DNA of 64,000 nt from Ophelia neglecta. Its lineage: Eukaryota. Shown one piece after another: positions 41,701-54,365 of the stretch. The position numbers and the translations under genes were made by a program. The stretch's first letter is position 1, and every line of letters begins with the position of its first letter. Location: the NCBI GenBank assembly GCA_965285935.1, contig OZ260663.1, positions 52,080,001-52,144,000 on the forward strand, read 5' to 3'. Under the pieces are notes generated by a model. That model saw nothing but the letters and a program-made list of their open reading frames with translations. It did no database searches and had not been told where the DNA came from.

Positions 41701-44005
41701 ACAAAATCAATATGGCACCCTAAATTTGGTGGTCATTTAGCCTAAATAAATGTGCATATAAAATAAGTAATAGGACAATGTTTGGCTTCTTTATTGATAG
41801 AAGGATAAACAAGTTGACTTCTCCTAGTATTTTATCACTTCTATAGGATATAATGTCGGCAAAAACTGTCTGTAAACCTCCAATTGGCATATATTGTATT
41901 TGTATTGATCTCTCTACATTCATTTGTTTAAAACTGCCTTTGATAAATAGGATAATAAATCCAAAATAATCTACAATGATTAATTGCTATCACATTATAG
42001 CATCAGAAAACCTTTATTGCTTAACTCTGTTACTGTATAAAATCCAATGCTACAGTTTTGCCCCTTTTATTTGAAACTATATGTGTACTACTCATAAAAT
42101 GATGCATAGAAACACATGCCCCCACCCATGAGAAAATATGGGGGATATATTTATTCATCAGTTTGACTGCAGGGGGGGGGGAGGGGGAAGGGGTGATCTT
42201 TGTGAAAATGGTCAACATAGGCACACATTCAGTTAAGCATTTGCACTAAGCTTTAACCATATAATTAATTGACAGAATGGTGCAGGCACTTTTACCAGTA
42301 TACCTTGAAAGTGCAGATAACGGTCAAAGGTCAAATTACTTCAATGAAATCAGCAAATAGTTTCAAGTAAGTTCGTTATTAATTTTGTGGGAACTATTCC
42401 AGGCTGAGTCACAGGTATTCCTAGCCTGCTCACATAGCCCAGTTTAATCCTCAGATACTATCATCATTGGGTAGCAGTTAAGGGTCTGGGAGCAGAGTAA
42501 GGTTTGGCCATCCTTTGGGACTTTGCCCAACCATATGTCTGACCATTCTGGAGGTGTTTATTTGTAAATCAAGTGTAAAATTACTTCACAAACGTTACAC
42601 AAGGTCTATTAAAACTATCATCCCTGCCATCAACCAAACCAAATTCATCAATGTTCATGCAATTTAACTTTACCTTACTTTAACTTTAAACCTTATTTGT
42701 GCACCTTTCTAGGTTAGAGAAGACGTGAAAAGAATTCTGAAAGGGATAAGGACCTCAAATATTTCTTTTGTATGTCAGATGTTGTCTATTTATATGAAGC
42801 GTTGACATTAAATATGCATATTTTGGTACCTCATATAGTCCTAAATACCCCAGAACAAACACTTTCTGAAATATGTGCACATAAAAGGATTGCATTTCTT
42901 CAATAAACTTTGTTTTCAAAACATTCTGAATGTCATGTTTCATATTTTCAAAGACAACGGGAAACCTGAAAATTTTCCAACAAAAGGGGAGAAAAGTCAA
43001 ACTAAAGATTTCCCTGCTTGGGAACTTAAAATTAAATAAGATGGACCTATAAAGGCTAAAAATCAACATAATCATATCCCTTTTTCAGCTGCATATCATA
43101 AAATACAATACATTGCTTTTAACAAGCAACTTAATGCAGCTGCCTTGGTCTTTTATCTGAGGTGGTAGCTTGAATTTGAGACCTCCACTACATGTATATG
43201 TATAGGTATACCCCGGTAATAGCTGGCTGCCATATATAGGGTGACAATCTGATCAATAGATGTCTGCTTGTTCATGATTTTTAATTATAAAATGTCATTG
43301 CAATGGGAAATATAATATTCCCCTATGTGGTTATTGTATATAGTGAATGAGCTATAGAACACTAAAAGTCAGGCCATGCATGCACTCTGAAAACAAATTA
43401 TTACGAAGCCAGTAACAGGTGTGCCAGGAAGTCGTACAAGAATCAAAAACAGTAAGTGTTCATTCGGCAGATGTCATGCCAGGGCTTGTTGATTAACTGA
43501 TATATACATGTATATTACATTTAATCTTGTTTTAGACATACCCGGTACATGTAAATGGAGAATTGATTATGCAAAAATATCCATTAGGGTGTGGTCAATT
43601 ACTATTCTTTTTATACAAAAAATTCAATCAAAATCCTGTGAAAAGTTCGCGAGTTACTAGCTTGCTTATAGGCCTACAGATAAAAACATACTAACAAATT
43701 TGTTGAGTAGAGAAGAGAAGGGGTCAAATACCACTGTGAGCAGGGTAATAAGTTACAAGTCACAAGATAGTATTGTCTGAAAATGAATGTCAGGGCACAA
43801 AAAGTGGGATTAAGACCAGTAAAGCTAATATTAAGCCATCAATTGTTTGTGTTTGCCACATGTTTAGTGCCTTTTACTGCTTATTAAATTGTCCTGCCAT
43901 GAGCCATATATTTTTGTTGAATAGCATGCATATTGTTTCTTACTTCAGAAAGGCTAATGCAGGGTAGAGTAATAATACAAATGTTGTCCACAGGGCCTTT
44001 AGCGT

Positions 44006-44194
44006 CAGTGGCAGATCCAGGATTTCAGGAAGTGGGGGGGAGGGGCAAATTTTCCAAGGTTGACATGGCCAATGTCTGGATTGTCCATAGTACCAACCCT
44101 CTGAAACCACCATGCGTAGGTCCAGAAATAGGATCTGGTCCTGGCCCACTTTTTGGCAAAGGGGGGGGGGCCTTTCCCCCTAAATCCGCCACTG
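44006..44194. mobile_element. Small MITE (about 190 bp) with CAGTGGCGGAT-type TIRs
   Basis: Left CAGTGGCAGATCCAGG versus reverse complement of right CAGTGGCGGATTTAGG; internal poly-G runs; TSD not recognisable. Confidence 0.7.
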
Positions 44195-45179
44195 ATCATA
44201 TCTAAAGATATTGGTTTTGTAGCAAGTCAGATGTGAAGTCTGGCCTGCATGTTACAAGAACAGGGTATATAGGGACTCTATGGGGACATCAGATTTTGGG
44301 CTCTGTTAAACCACAGCATTTCCTCAGTACTTGCATGAATTGATAAAAGGCGGATTCTCCATCATTAGTAAATACTACATCGACTCGTAAATTTTATAAA
44401 ACGGGAGGGCATGGAATAAAATGGGCTAAATTTGTACTTTTTGTCCCTCTGATTATCTTGGTTTGAATATAATCCCAATCAGTCTTCTTCCATTTCCTGC
44501 TAGATATTCCAAGATGATTGTATAGATTCAAATTTATCTGTTTACAACATCAAACTGAAAGGCATTGGCCATTCTTTTATAGCAGAATTGGGACTCAGTC
44601 TTCATAAAATACAGATGACTCCTGTAGACGATGGGCCCATTGGGACATTCAAGTGTGGGGGTCATGGGTACAAACCACCATTGGAAATATTCATCCAATC
44701 ATTTATTTCCTTTGTGTTTGGGGGATCCCTTGTTCAATTGCTCACATTTCCAATATCAATCTAATGATCTGAGGATGATAGTTCAAAATAGGCTTCATTT
44801 TTAGTAAAGCTCAGCATATTTTATATACTGCTGAGCCTAAAACTTATGGGGGAAAGACAGGGAATCCTAGCACCTGTTGTCAGTAAATCTTCCTTCAAAT
44901 ACAAACTTCAACATACTGTAGTATCTAGTAACATACTAGGTCCAAAAGGTAGGTGATGTTTATGAATGTACTGCCTCAATGGGCCTCTCCAAATAATATG
45001 GGTCACACTGTGACCATTTTTATAGTCAATCTCCATACATCATTGATAAATACCAGAATCACAAGATCTCTATCATTGGTATATGGATGCCATCCTTTCA
45101 GCCTTGTCAATAAATCCAATTTTTAATTTATTAAAGAAAATGAACAGTGCTAGCAGGGACTTTGAAGTGCTTACTCAAA

Positions 45180-47370
45180 TCGATAGCGGTCATCTACTAG
45201 TTATGATATCAACTATGAAACTAGGCCCAAGATTTCTCTAGGTATTTTTGATCAGACATGTTTTAATGTTTGTGGCTACTGTAAATTTGACCTTTGACCA
45301 GTTGACCTCATAATCAGTTGACCTCTTGGTCATTACCAGACCTGGGGTCGAGTACATCTAAATGTACTCGAGTATGAGTACGAGTACTTCGCTTAAGGCT
45401 GAGTACAAGTACAAGTACGAGTACTCCTTTTTCAGATGTACTCAAGTACTTTGAAATGTACTCGAGTACAATTACATTTAATACTCAAATTATCAATATG
45501 AAAAAAGGCTAACAAATGTGTGCAGATGGCTTTCACTTTCCCCTCAGCATCATCAGGTACTAAAATGACTCAGGACAGTAGACATGTCTGATGTGGAGAG
45601 ACATCTGACATGTGTCTTATATTGTAGTTAACAAGTAAGCAAATCTGAGAGATGTTCCCATGAAGCAAATCAATTAAGTACACCTGAGATATGCTCAGTG
45701 CAATTAAATTGCTGTGCTTAGCCCTTAATTACCAGAGTTTATTTAGGATGTGCCTTGTGAGTACATCATAGACTGGCTGGGGTAGGTGGGGTAATTAAAT
45801 CATCAATACAGCAATGTAATTGTACTAAGCACATCTCATGTGTGCTTAATTATGTTTATCCTAGCACATCCTAAATGAACTCAGGTAAGCAAATATTAAA
45901 TAGGCTCAACCTATTCAATTGCTACTACACCACAGGTTGTGAAAGCTGCTAGTATTTAGAAATAGTCAATTCCAATTGTTAGACAAATATACACATTCTA
46001 AGCATTGCCCATACAATGGCTTCTTAGTTTACTGCCCCCTCACCCTTGATCATACCATTACAGCATGACACAATATATTTTCAGATTCAACCAGGTTACT
46101 CTATAGCTTTGTTTGAACAACCAACATGTTGGCTGATCACTATAAGCAAGTTGGCTGATCACCCATACATATAGTGATTAAATCACAGCCCAGCCCCAGT
46201 GATATGGGTGCCTTTGATTGGCTGGCTGACTGCCAATAGTTACTGTAGGTGTGTCACCTACTGTCACCCTTGGTGCACACAGGGGGAGAGACAGAGGCTT
46301 CCTTATATAAGCTCATCACTGATGGTTACCCAATGATGTTTTCAAAATGTACTTGGATGTACTCAGATGTACTCCTAAAGTACAGGTATTTTATAATGTA
46401 CTAGAGTACAAGTACGAGTATGAGTACCAAATTTAACTACAGAGTACATTCGAGTACCTGAAAATATGTACAAGAGTGCACGAGTACATGAATACACGAG
46501 TACACAGGTACACGAGTACACGAGTACACAGCCCCAGGTCTGGTCATTACCAGCCTAGGAACCAACAAAGTTTGAGGACAATAGGCCGCACACTCTGTTG
46601 ATACTAAAGGGTTGAAGGGGAGTTAAAAGTCATTGTGCCCTTGACATTTGGCTTGAATATGAATCTATCTAAACCAACCAAATTTAGGCCCAAGCTTTCG
46701 CTACTTATTGATCTTACAAAATTTGTGTGTTAAAAATATTTGTCACCTTGACCTGTTGACTTCAAAATATTTATAGTTTATCTACTCATCATGACCAACC
46801 TACCTACAAGGTTTTAGGACATGATTAAGCACTTTTAGATATTAATCTGCAATTTCTGGAGGTGAAGACCAGTGTGACCTTGACCTTTAACCAGTTCACC
46901 TAAATAGTAATAGGGAACATCTACTTGTCATGACCAACCAACCTGTGTAATTTGAAGAAATTAGGCCCAAGTGTTCCCTAGTTATTTATTGCACAATTTC
47001 TTTAAATGTCCTTGTGACCTTGAACTCGACCTGCTGCCTTTAAAATCAAGATGATACATACATCAACTGTCCATGACCAACCTACATACTAGGTTTGAGA
47101 ACACTAGCCCCAAGCCCTCTGCATATATTGATCAGCCAGGTTTTTTTTTTTTTGAAGGCCACTATGACCTTGACCTTTGACCTTTTGACCTCACTTCATG
47201 GGTCATCTACCTTTCAAGACCAACCAACCTACCAAGTTTGAAGATAAAAGGCCCAAGCATTCTCTAGGCATTGGTTGGAGCACTATTATAAGGTCAATGT
47301 GATCTTGACAGTTGATTGGACAACGTTTGATCTACGGATAGACTGAACACCTGACTGACCGACCAACTTT
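45180..47370 (+). repeat. Degenerate pearl-like element with tandem cores of about 135-150 bp, interrupted by the hAT element
   Basis: Recurrent TGTGACCTTGACC / CATGACCAACC / AGGCCCAAG motifs at about 46741, 46873, 47013, 47163 and 47298, ending in a GACT/GACC microsatellite-like tail (about 47335-47367). Confidence 0.75.
45337..46542. mobile_element. Non-autonomous hAT-type DNA transposon (1206 bp)
   Basis: TIRs CAGACCTGGGG.../...CCCCAGGTCTG, exact 8-bp TSD GTCATTAC (45329-45336 and 46543-46550), subterminal GAGTAC/GTACTC arrays at both ends, no long ORF. Confidence 0.9.
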
Positions 47371-50300
47371 TATTTATCTGTTATTCCCTGACTCACAGGT
47401 TAATTTTCATTATTAACTAAAATATTCCACACACAGTATATACACTATCGGTGAATATATGCTAACAATTCTAAATGTTTTCTAAGGAAGAAAATCATAC
47501 TAAGAGATTGATCAAGCAAGAAACTATCAACACATAAAAGTTCTAGACTGCAATGTGTATTATTAATTATCAATGAACATTTACTTTAATAAAGATTAAT
47601 AGGTCTGGACAAGTTGATAAAAATATTGGCAGTCAATGTTGATCCCTGCTTGGTCTATCAATTAAAAGAGAAAAACAACTATGTATGGTGTGGCAAACCT
47701 TGGAGTTAACACCATTAACACATCCAATCACAATTTTATGGTGATTGCTTCACAATATGGCCGAGATCACTGAGGGATAAGAGCTAAAACAAGTATCACT
47801 AAATCTCAACTTCTACCAAGGGGTGGCATGCAATATTCCCAAAACATTCCGAGAGGCAGTGTGTTTTATTCATTACACTGACTCTCTGACATTCGAGGGT
47901 CTGGTTTGGTATTGGATTTTGACTTGACAGGATTCTGACCTGAATGAGAATTATTTCAGGCTGAAACTTTGTCACAATAGACATTGTGAATGCATGTGGA
48001 AACTTAATTATCCAGGCCACATTTGTAAGTGGGCATTTTTCTCGGGCATACATTCTAATTGGTTGATCTAAAAGGGTTGTTCAACAAAACTGACCAATAC
48101 AAGCTGCTTAAGATGCATAATTTTACATGAAGATAAAATTAAAATGAATAAGAAAAAAAAAACATTTAGATCCTTCATGCTTAAATAACAAGAACATTGC
48201 TCCATGACTTAGCTACTGAGTGATTGCAAGTAGTTCATCAAATTTAGAATACTACTAAAGGAATAAAGCCCTCCATTAACAAGTTAACTTGTCAGCACAC
48301 TTATGGACTGCTAATTTCCCAGCCTGCAACACAAAAAGCAGACAAAAGCCATTCATTACCATATATTGTTTTCATTGTTATTCTTTCATACAATATTGTA
48401 TGTATAAAACATAACTCTGCGAAACATATTCTTAGGTAGCTCTCTCGCTAGCGTTTTTCTTTTAAACCTTAGTGGGAATCATCCTAACAGTTTTGAGCAT
48501 GTTTCAGTTTAATTAAATCTTGTTTTATATGTATTTTTATTTTTTGGATTAACCTTATTTATTTTATATGTATGTAATGTGTGTCAATCTGTATATGTCC
48601 AGCTAGTTGTAATTAGGCTGTTATTAACACTTGTTATCATCTTATGTTGTAAGTAGTATTCTCAAAGTTTTTTGTTTTGTAGTTACTTGACATCAGTTTG
48701 TTATATTTACCATTATAGTTTCCATTCAACTAAAATGTATGTTTGCTGAAATGTGCTTATTGGTTAAATAAATATCTTTGATTTGGCTAAGGGGAAGAGG
48801 TCTGTAATAGTTGAGATAATCTTATGTCTACTTGTGCGGTATATCATTACAAATTTTATTTAATAGATTGTTGTGATGTGTGCATGCGAATTCATATTCA
48901 ATGACTTACTATCAAACAAATATATTGTACTTTTTATTTTTTGCAGTACTCATATATATACATTCAGTGTTATATTATGGTGGCTTGCACGCTAGCGATT
49001 ACCTAAATCTTAGTGAGGGTCTCCACGGCCATAATTATAATTTACCATCAATCATTGTACATATTCATTTTGCTATGGTCGAATAAATATATCTGAATCT
49101 GAATCTGAGTCTGGCTTCAATCTTTTCTGTGTTTTTATCTTGTCTCTTTCTATATTTGTCCGCACTTTCATGGCAATTTATAGATGTATGTTGAAAAGGA
49201 AATAACAAGCTTTCTTTGATTTATTTCAATTCATTTTACTTATATTGCATCGGTTGATTTAAAAAAAAAATTTGTTTGTATGAAACATATGTGTATTAAC
49301 ATCATGTGATGACATCACTTGTATGCCCTTACAGTGCTTTTATCTTATCAAGTATTAAGTTGAAAGTTATAAAAAAAAATTCCAATAATGAAGCAAGTCA
49401 CATCTATAGATACAAGTAAAACCAAGCTTATAAGTACATGGGGATGCATTTTCATGGTGCTGGGTGACTTCCAACAATTCCTCCAGTCGAAATATTATTT
49501 GTTGATGACTCAACCCATATTACATTTCATCAATTAATCTACATGAGGGCACCCTTGTTACTGTCCCTGAAAAAAAACATGGAGATTTCAAGTCCTGTGC
49601 AATACAGCTGTTGTATGCATCTAGCAAACAGAGATAACTTGCTGTAAAATTAACATATGCATGCACAAAATGATCTGCCTTTGCAGCAAAAACCATAAAA
49701 AAGAAATTGACTCTTATAAATCAACAAATTAACACTAAGGCATAAGTTCATAGGATAGAACTAGGGCTACACTAAAACTGCATTATCATCAAAACATGGT
49801 TCTACCATTAGATTCAGAAATTAGGAAATCTCAAGAAATCCCATAGCCTACCTCCCATTCAATAGAATCCCCAACTTGCTGCAAATTGCATTGGTAGTGA
49901 TAGCTTAGAAAGAATGAAGCACAGAAGAGATGCATTTTTCAGTGCACGCAGGAATTAAATCTAATTTTCAAGCTTGATGGCAGGATAAAATGGCAATCCA
50001 GTTGTCTGGTACAGGAGCAGCAAACATGGGACGGAACTCCACACAGACAGGAGACAGCCAATCTAAATGTCAGCCTTGATTTCTTTATGTTTTTGCCTGA
50101 CTGAGTTAGAAATCGAATGCATTTCCATTTTCATAAGAGTATTGCGCATTAAGTTTAGCTTTCTGCACTTAACTACCCCAGTACAACTGCAAGTGTGGCA
50201 GTAAAGTATGCCTAGTGCAATTAAGCCAATGATTTGATACCTTTTTTTGGAGCAATAAGAATCTAGTAATTTATGATATAAGATCACACTCTTTCCTTCT

Positions 50301-53300
50301 TGAAATTCAGATGGTGGATATATAATTTCCTTCATTCAAGAGGTAATAAACCAAAGAAATAATAACTAATGTTGTTAGAGAAGCCTCTTAAAATGCAAGC
50401 CACATCACAAAGCTATCTAAATCCTGGTGACTTTTGTGTGCCCGGAACCCTGGAGGCAAACTTAGCTGTCAAGACTGGCAGAGCTCTACTGAGGATTTCA
50501 TCCACCAGGGGGATGCTGAGAGATCAAGAGCGAGAGATAATTAGCAATGAATCAGCCAAGCAGGACACCTCCAGCTTCCTATCTCCTCCTAATGTCAATC
50601 AACTGTTTCTTTCATCACTTCTTGGCAGCTAATTATAAGATTTCGCAGTGATTGCTTGCCCAGTGGTATGGGATGGTCTTGTAGGCAACACATGTACATA
50701 GCGCATTAATGGATGAGTGCGAAGCAAATTTAGAGACACCTCTTGAGGAAATTGTCTTCCATTGCTAGTGAGAAAATCTTAATACAATATTTATTTTTAA
50801 AATCAATGTTGAAGATCAACAGTGTTCATTTATAAAAAAAATACATTATTGTACATTTACTTGAATGAAGTTAAACACCCTTATAAGCCTCAAAGCCACT
50901 GCAGAGGAATGAAATATGGAATGTTGGTACAATTAGGGTTTTGTGTACCAGGAACATTTCTTTTGAAATTTAAGGACAACAGATTAATTGGGTGAAAAAT
51001 TTGTCCAACTTTTTTTCATTTACTTGAAATTCTTTTAATAATTTCTTTTAGTATACTCCAACTTATATTACAAGGCTACACAAATATCAACACAGGAATA
51101 CCTGTTCATTAATTTTGTGGGTGGAGTCTACCATAATTAAATTATATTAGAACCATTCAACTAAGTCATTAATTCAAATTAACAGGTATATAGGCGTATC
51201 ACCTGTAAGCAATTCATCATAGTTAATAGCACATCAAGCGAATTTTTATTTGAGTGTTTTTCAATGTTATGGAGGAAAGTTTATAAGGATTAATAATGAT
51301 ACCCAGGGCAAACATGTAACAAATGACTAGCACCATCTGATAACAGATGTTATGACAGGACATACTTTTAAACAGGCCTGCAGTGTATCTTTGACGTGAA
51401 ATGTTTTAATATAAATGACAAATGGCCTAAGAATGCCTGTAAACATTGTTCTTTTGCACTGACAATCATTAAGCTGCTTCAACCTGATGAGATGGAATAG
51501 TTTTAAGGATTTTATCACCATCACATATTAACTTTTCTGCTAATGATGTAACAAGAGAGAGTCAAACATTGACTGGGGAATGTACGGCTTATCAAACTGG
51601 ATGAACTCCTTACCCTATGGGTCTAGGTTTCAGCATAGGAGATGGCAAACTATTTCTGCATGCATGAGGCCACTGTTCATAGTTTAATGGATGCCAAAAA
51701 ACCTACACAATTTCCATGCACAAAGAAAAAGGGGTTGGCCAATAAAAATAAGGGTATCTTAATACTTGATCTTGCTAGAAACAAGACAAATAAACACAAT
51801 GTCAGTTATAAAATCAACATTCCCCCTGTAGTTTACAGTAACGCATCGCAACCTATTTTTTTAAGCCAAGATGTAGATCTCTTAATCTCCACTGAAATAG
51901 GTTCTAAAATAATTAACTCGTGCAGTGCTGTTGACAGGGTTTTTTTTATACTATAAATAACAAGGACATATTAAATTGCTGCAAGCACTCCCAATTTCTA
52001 ATAATCTGCCTGATATTGATATTACAAGTCACTTATATGTGTACATATACATGTATGTTGTGACGGCCTACCCTATCCACAATCTGACTTGGGTTAATTA
52101 CTTTAGTAATTGGGTTTATGGTGAACGAGGGTTGAAGCCATAACAAGGAATACCAACTGGCAATGAACTACAATGTAACACAGTAGCATACATGTGTACA
52201 TGTCCCAGGCAACCAAGCTTTCTCCATTGCCCACAATAATGTGGTGGTTCCTATTTACTCAGAGCCCCTGTGCCACTGTCTGGAGCAGGCTCTGCCTTCT
52301 CAATTGACCTCATAAGTCCACACATTGATTTTTCCCACAGTGGGGTATATTGGTAATTTCTAGGCACAATCATGCGAACAATGCTGAACAATCATCGTAG
52401 GCAAAGTAAGGAAATCAATTATCTTGATAATTTCACACTTTGTTTCATTCTGCTAGGGCAACAGTGTCTATTGGCAAAATGATTTGTTGAAAATACAAAC
52501 ATCTGATATGAAATAATGAGCAGAGGTAATTCAGAGACTGACCCTATATCAAGAAAGTCTTATACTACCATAAAAAACTTACTGAGGGCAGTATGTAGAG
52601 TTTTGTCCTGTTGAATATTGTATGTATAACAAAATCTTATTGCATTTGACTAAGAGCAGAGATTTTGGTAAGACTTAATTCTGTAATACATTATCAACAT
52701 GAGTAATCATGCTTAATAATTGCAATAAAAGAGATCATTTTTTACACAAAAGCATATTAAAAGGAATTTTGGCATCTTAATTTTTGTTATAAAAGGTCCC
52801 ATGCCTCCAGCACATAAATTATTCTTTCTAGTAAACATTTATCCCATTACCTGGGGAATAAATGATTTCAGCTGTCATGAATTTTTTCTCAAGATTTATT
52901 TATCAAGTATTAATGGCATTTACCTGGTATAACTGGAATAGGCTGTACAGCATGCTTCACATGCCTGATGCAAGAGTCAAGAAGAGAACACAGATACTTG
53001 ATACCATAATGTTCAACGCCCCCTCTCACCCCATCACCACTCCTACTATTAAAGCCCCTATCATACTCTCAGTTTAATTTAACCTAAACTATGGCTATTC
53101 CATTTAAGACCTGTCCTTTGTACCACCTTCCCAAAATGTCCGACCCTCCCCACCCCACCTGTAAACCAAATCCAATCTACTGATACTTCCAGATCTGCCC
53201 CTGCCATTGGTTAATCTCAAACAGACTAAATTATCTTGCAACAGCATAATAAATTGAAAGAAAAAAACAGTTTGCAGGCACTGAAATGCAAAACAAATTA

Positions 53301-53491
53301 AGAGGAATTCTTATGTGAATGATGTCATAACTTGTAAGGTGAAACCATAGATTTCTAATGCATACCACATTTTTCCCCTGACAGGACCTTTTGCTCTGCT
53401 CCCAAACTTGATGTTCATACAGCATCTGCTGAGTGTGAAAGATGTCTTGGAAGGTAATGACGACAAAACTTGAAAGTTTTATGCTTCAGAA

Positions 53492-53579
53492 TTTATTGTA
53501 AAGAGAGATTTATTGCAAGGGGAATTACATGTTGGCAGTTACATGTAGCTAAAGAGTTCCATGCGGAGAATGGTTTATT
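53492..53579 (-). terminator. Cluster of three AATAAA polyadenylation signals for the ISY1-like gene
   Basis: TTTATT on the + strand at 53492, 53509 and 53574, about 230-310 nt after the stop. Confidence 0.55.
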
Positions 53580-53805
53580 TAGGCATTCATCCTTTAATCG
53601 TCTATCTGATTATAGGCATAACGTATGAAAATACTAGACTAGAAGTGCATATAAACTGACTAAAACAAGCCAAACCAATGACCAAGGCTACCCAGATCAC
53701 ACTGGGGTATCATTTTGACTTTCTGATTAATATTAAAACAGTTTACTACTATTTCTATCACAGATCACATATCCAAATACTGTTAACAATGTTTTCGGGA
53801 TTCTA

Positions 53806-54365
53806 TCATGAATCTGATTCATCAGATGAGCCATAGTCTTGTCCAATACTGTTAAGGGCACCGCCATTATATGAATTGTCCAGCTTTTTATCCTCAAGGC
53901 TTGGTAGTGGTTTCATGTTACTAACCTGTTCGGAAGCCAATTCATCGATAGAATTGAAATTCTGCTGAGTACCAAGTCTTGTTCCTGAGCACAAGGCATC
54001 CTGTTCTCTATTTAATTTAAAACACTCTGCTACTTTAGCTGCACTTGCCTCACTGTTCTTTCTCAAAAGTTCATGTTGTTTGTTTCTAAATGCCATCACT
54101 TTGAGCCTGGCTTGTCTAGAAATTTCATTCATTTGCACAAAATGGGTGGAAAAGTTTAAAGGTTTATCTTCCAAGTCCTTGTCTGAATTATATAAAATAT
54201 CTGCTTTCTTTTCCTCTTCTTTGCAAATCACTTCATGATGGCTTTGCAATATTGGTAGAGTTATTCTAGCTGGAGGAGATACTACTTTTGGTGTCTTTGC
54301 TGGAGGCTCTTGACATACTGGATTTATTGTTATACTGCTTCCCTGTGTAGGGGCATATTGTTCCT
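53806..54365 (-). CDS. ISY1-like gene terminal coding exon
   Basis: ttttacag| acceptor in frame with ORF 53806..54249; AATAAA signals downstream. Confidence 0.88.

Noticed and set aside
45350-46530. GAGTAC arrays as a CRISPR-like repeat-spacer structure
   Set aside because: Units are 6-8 bp with no unique spacers, the context is eukaryotic, and they are explained as hAT subterminal repeats
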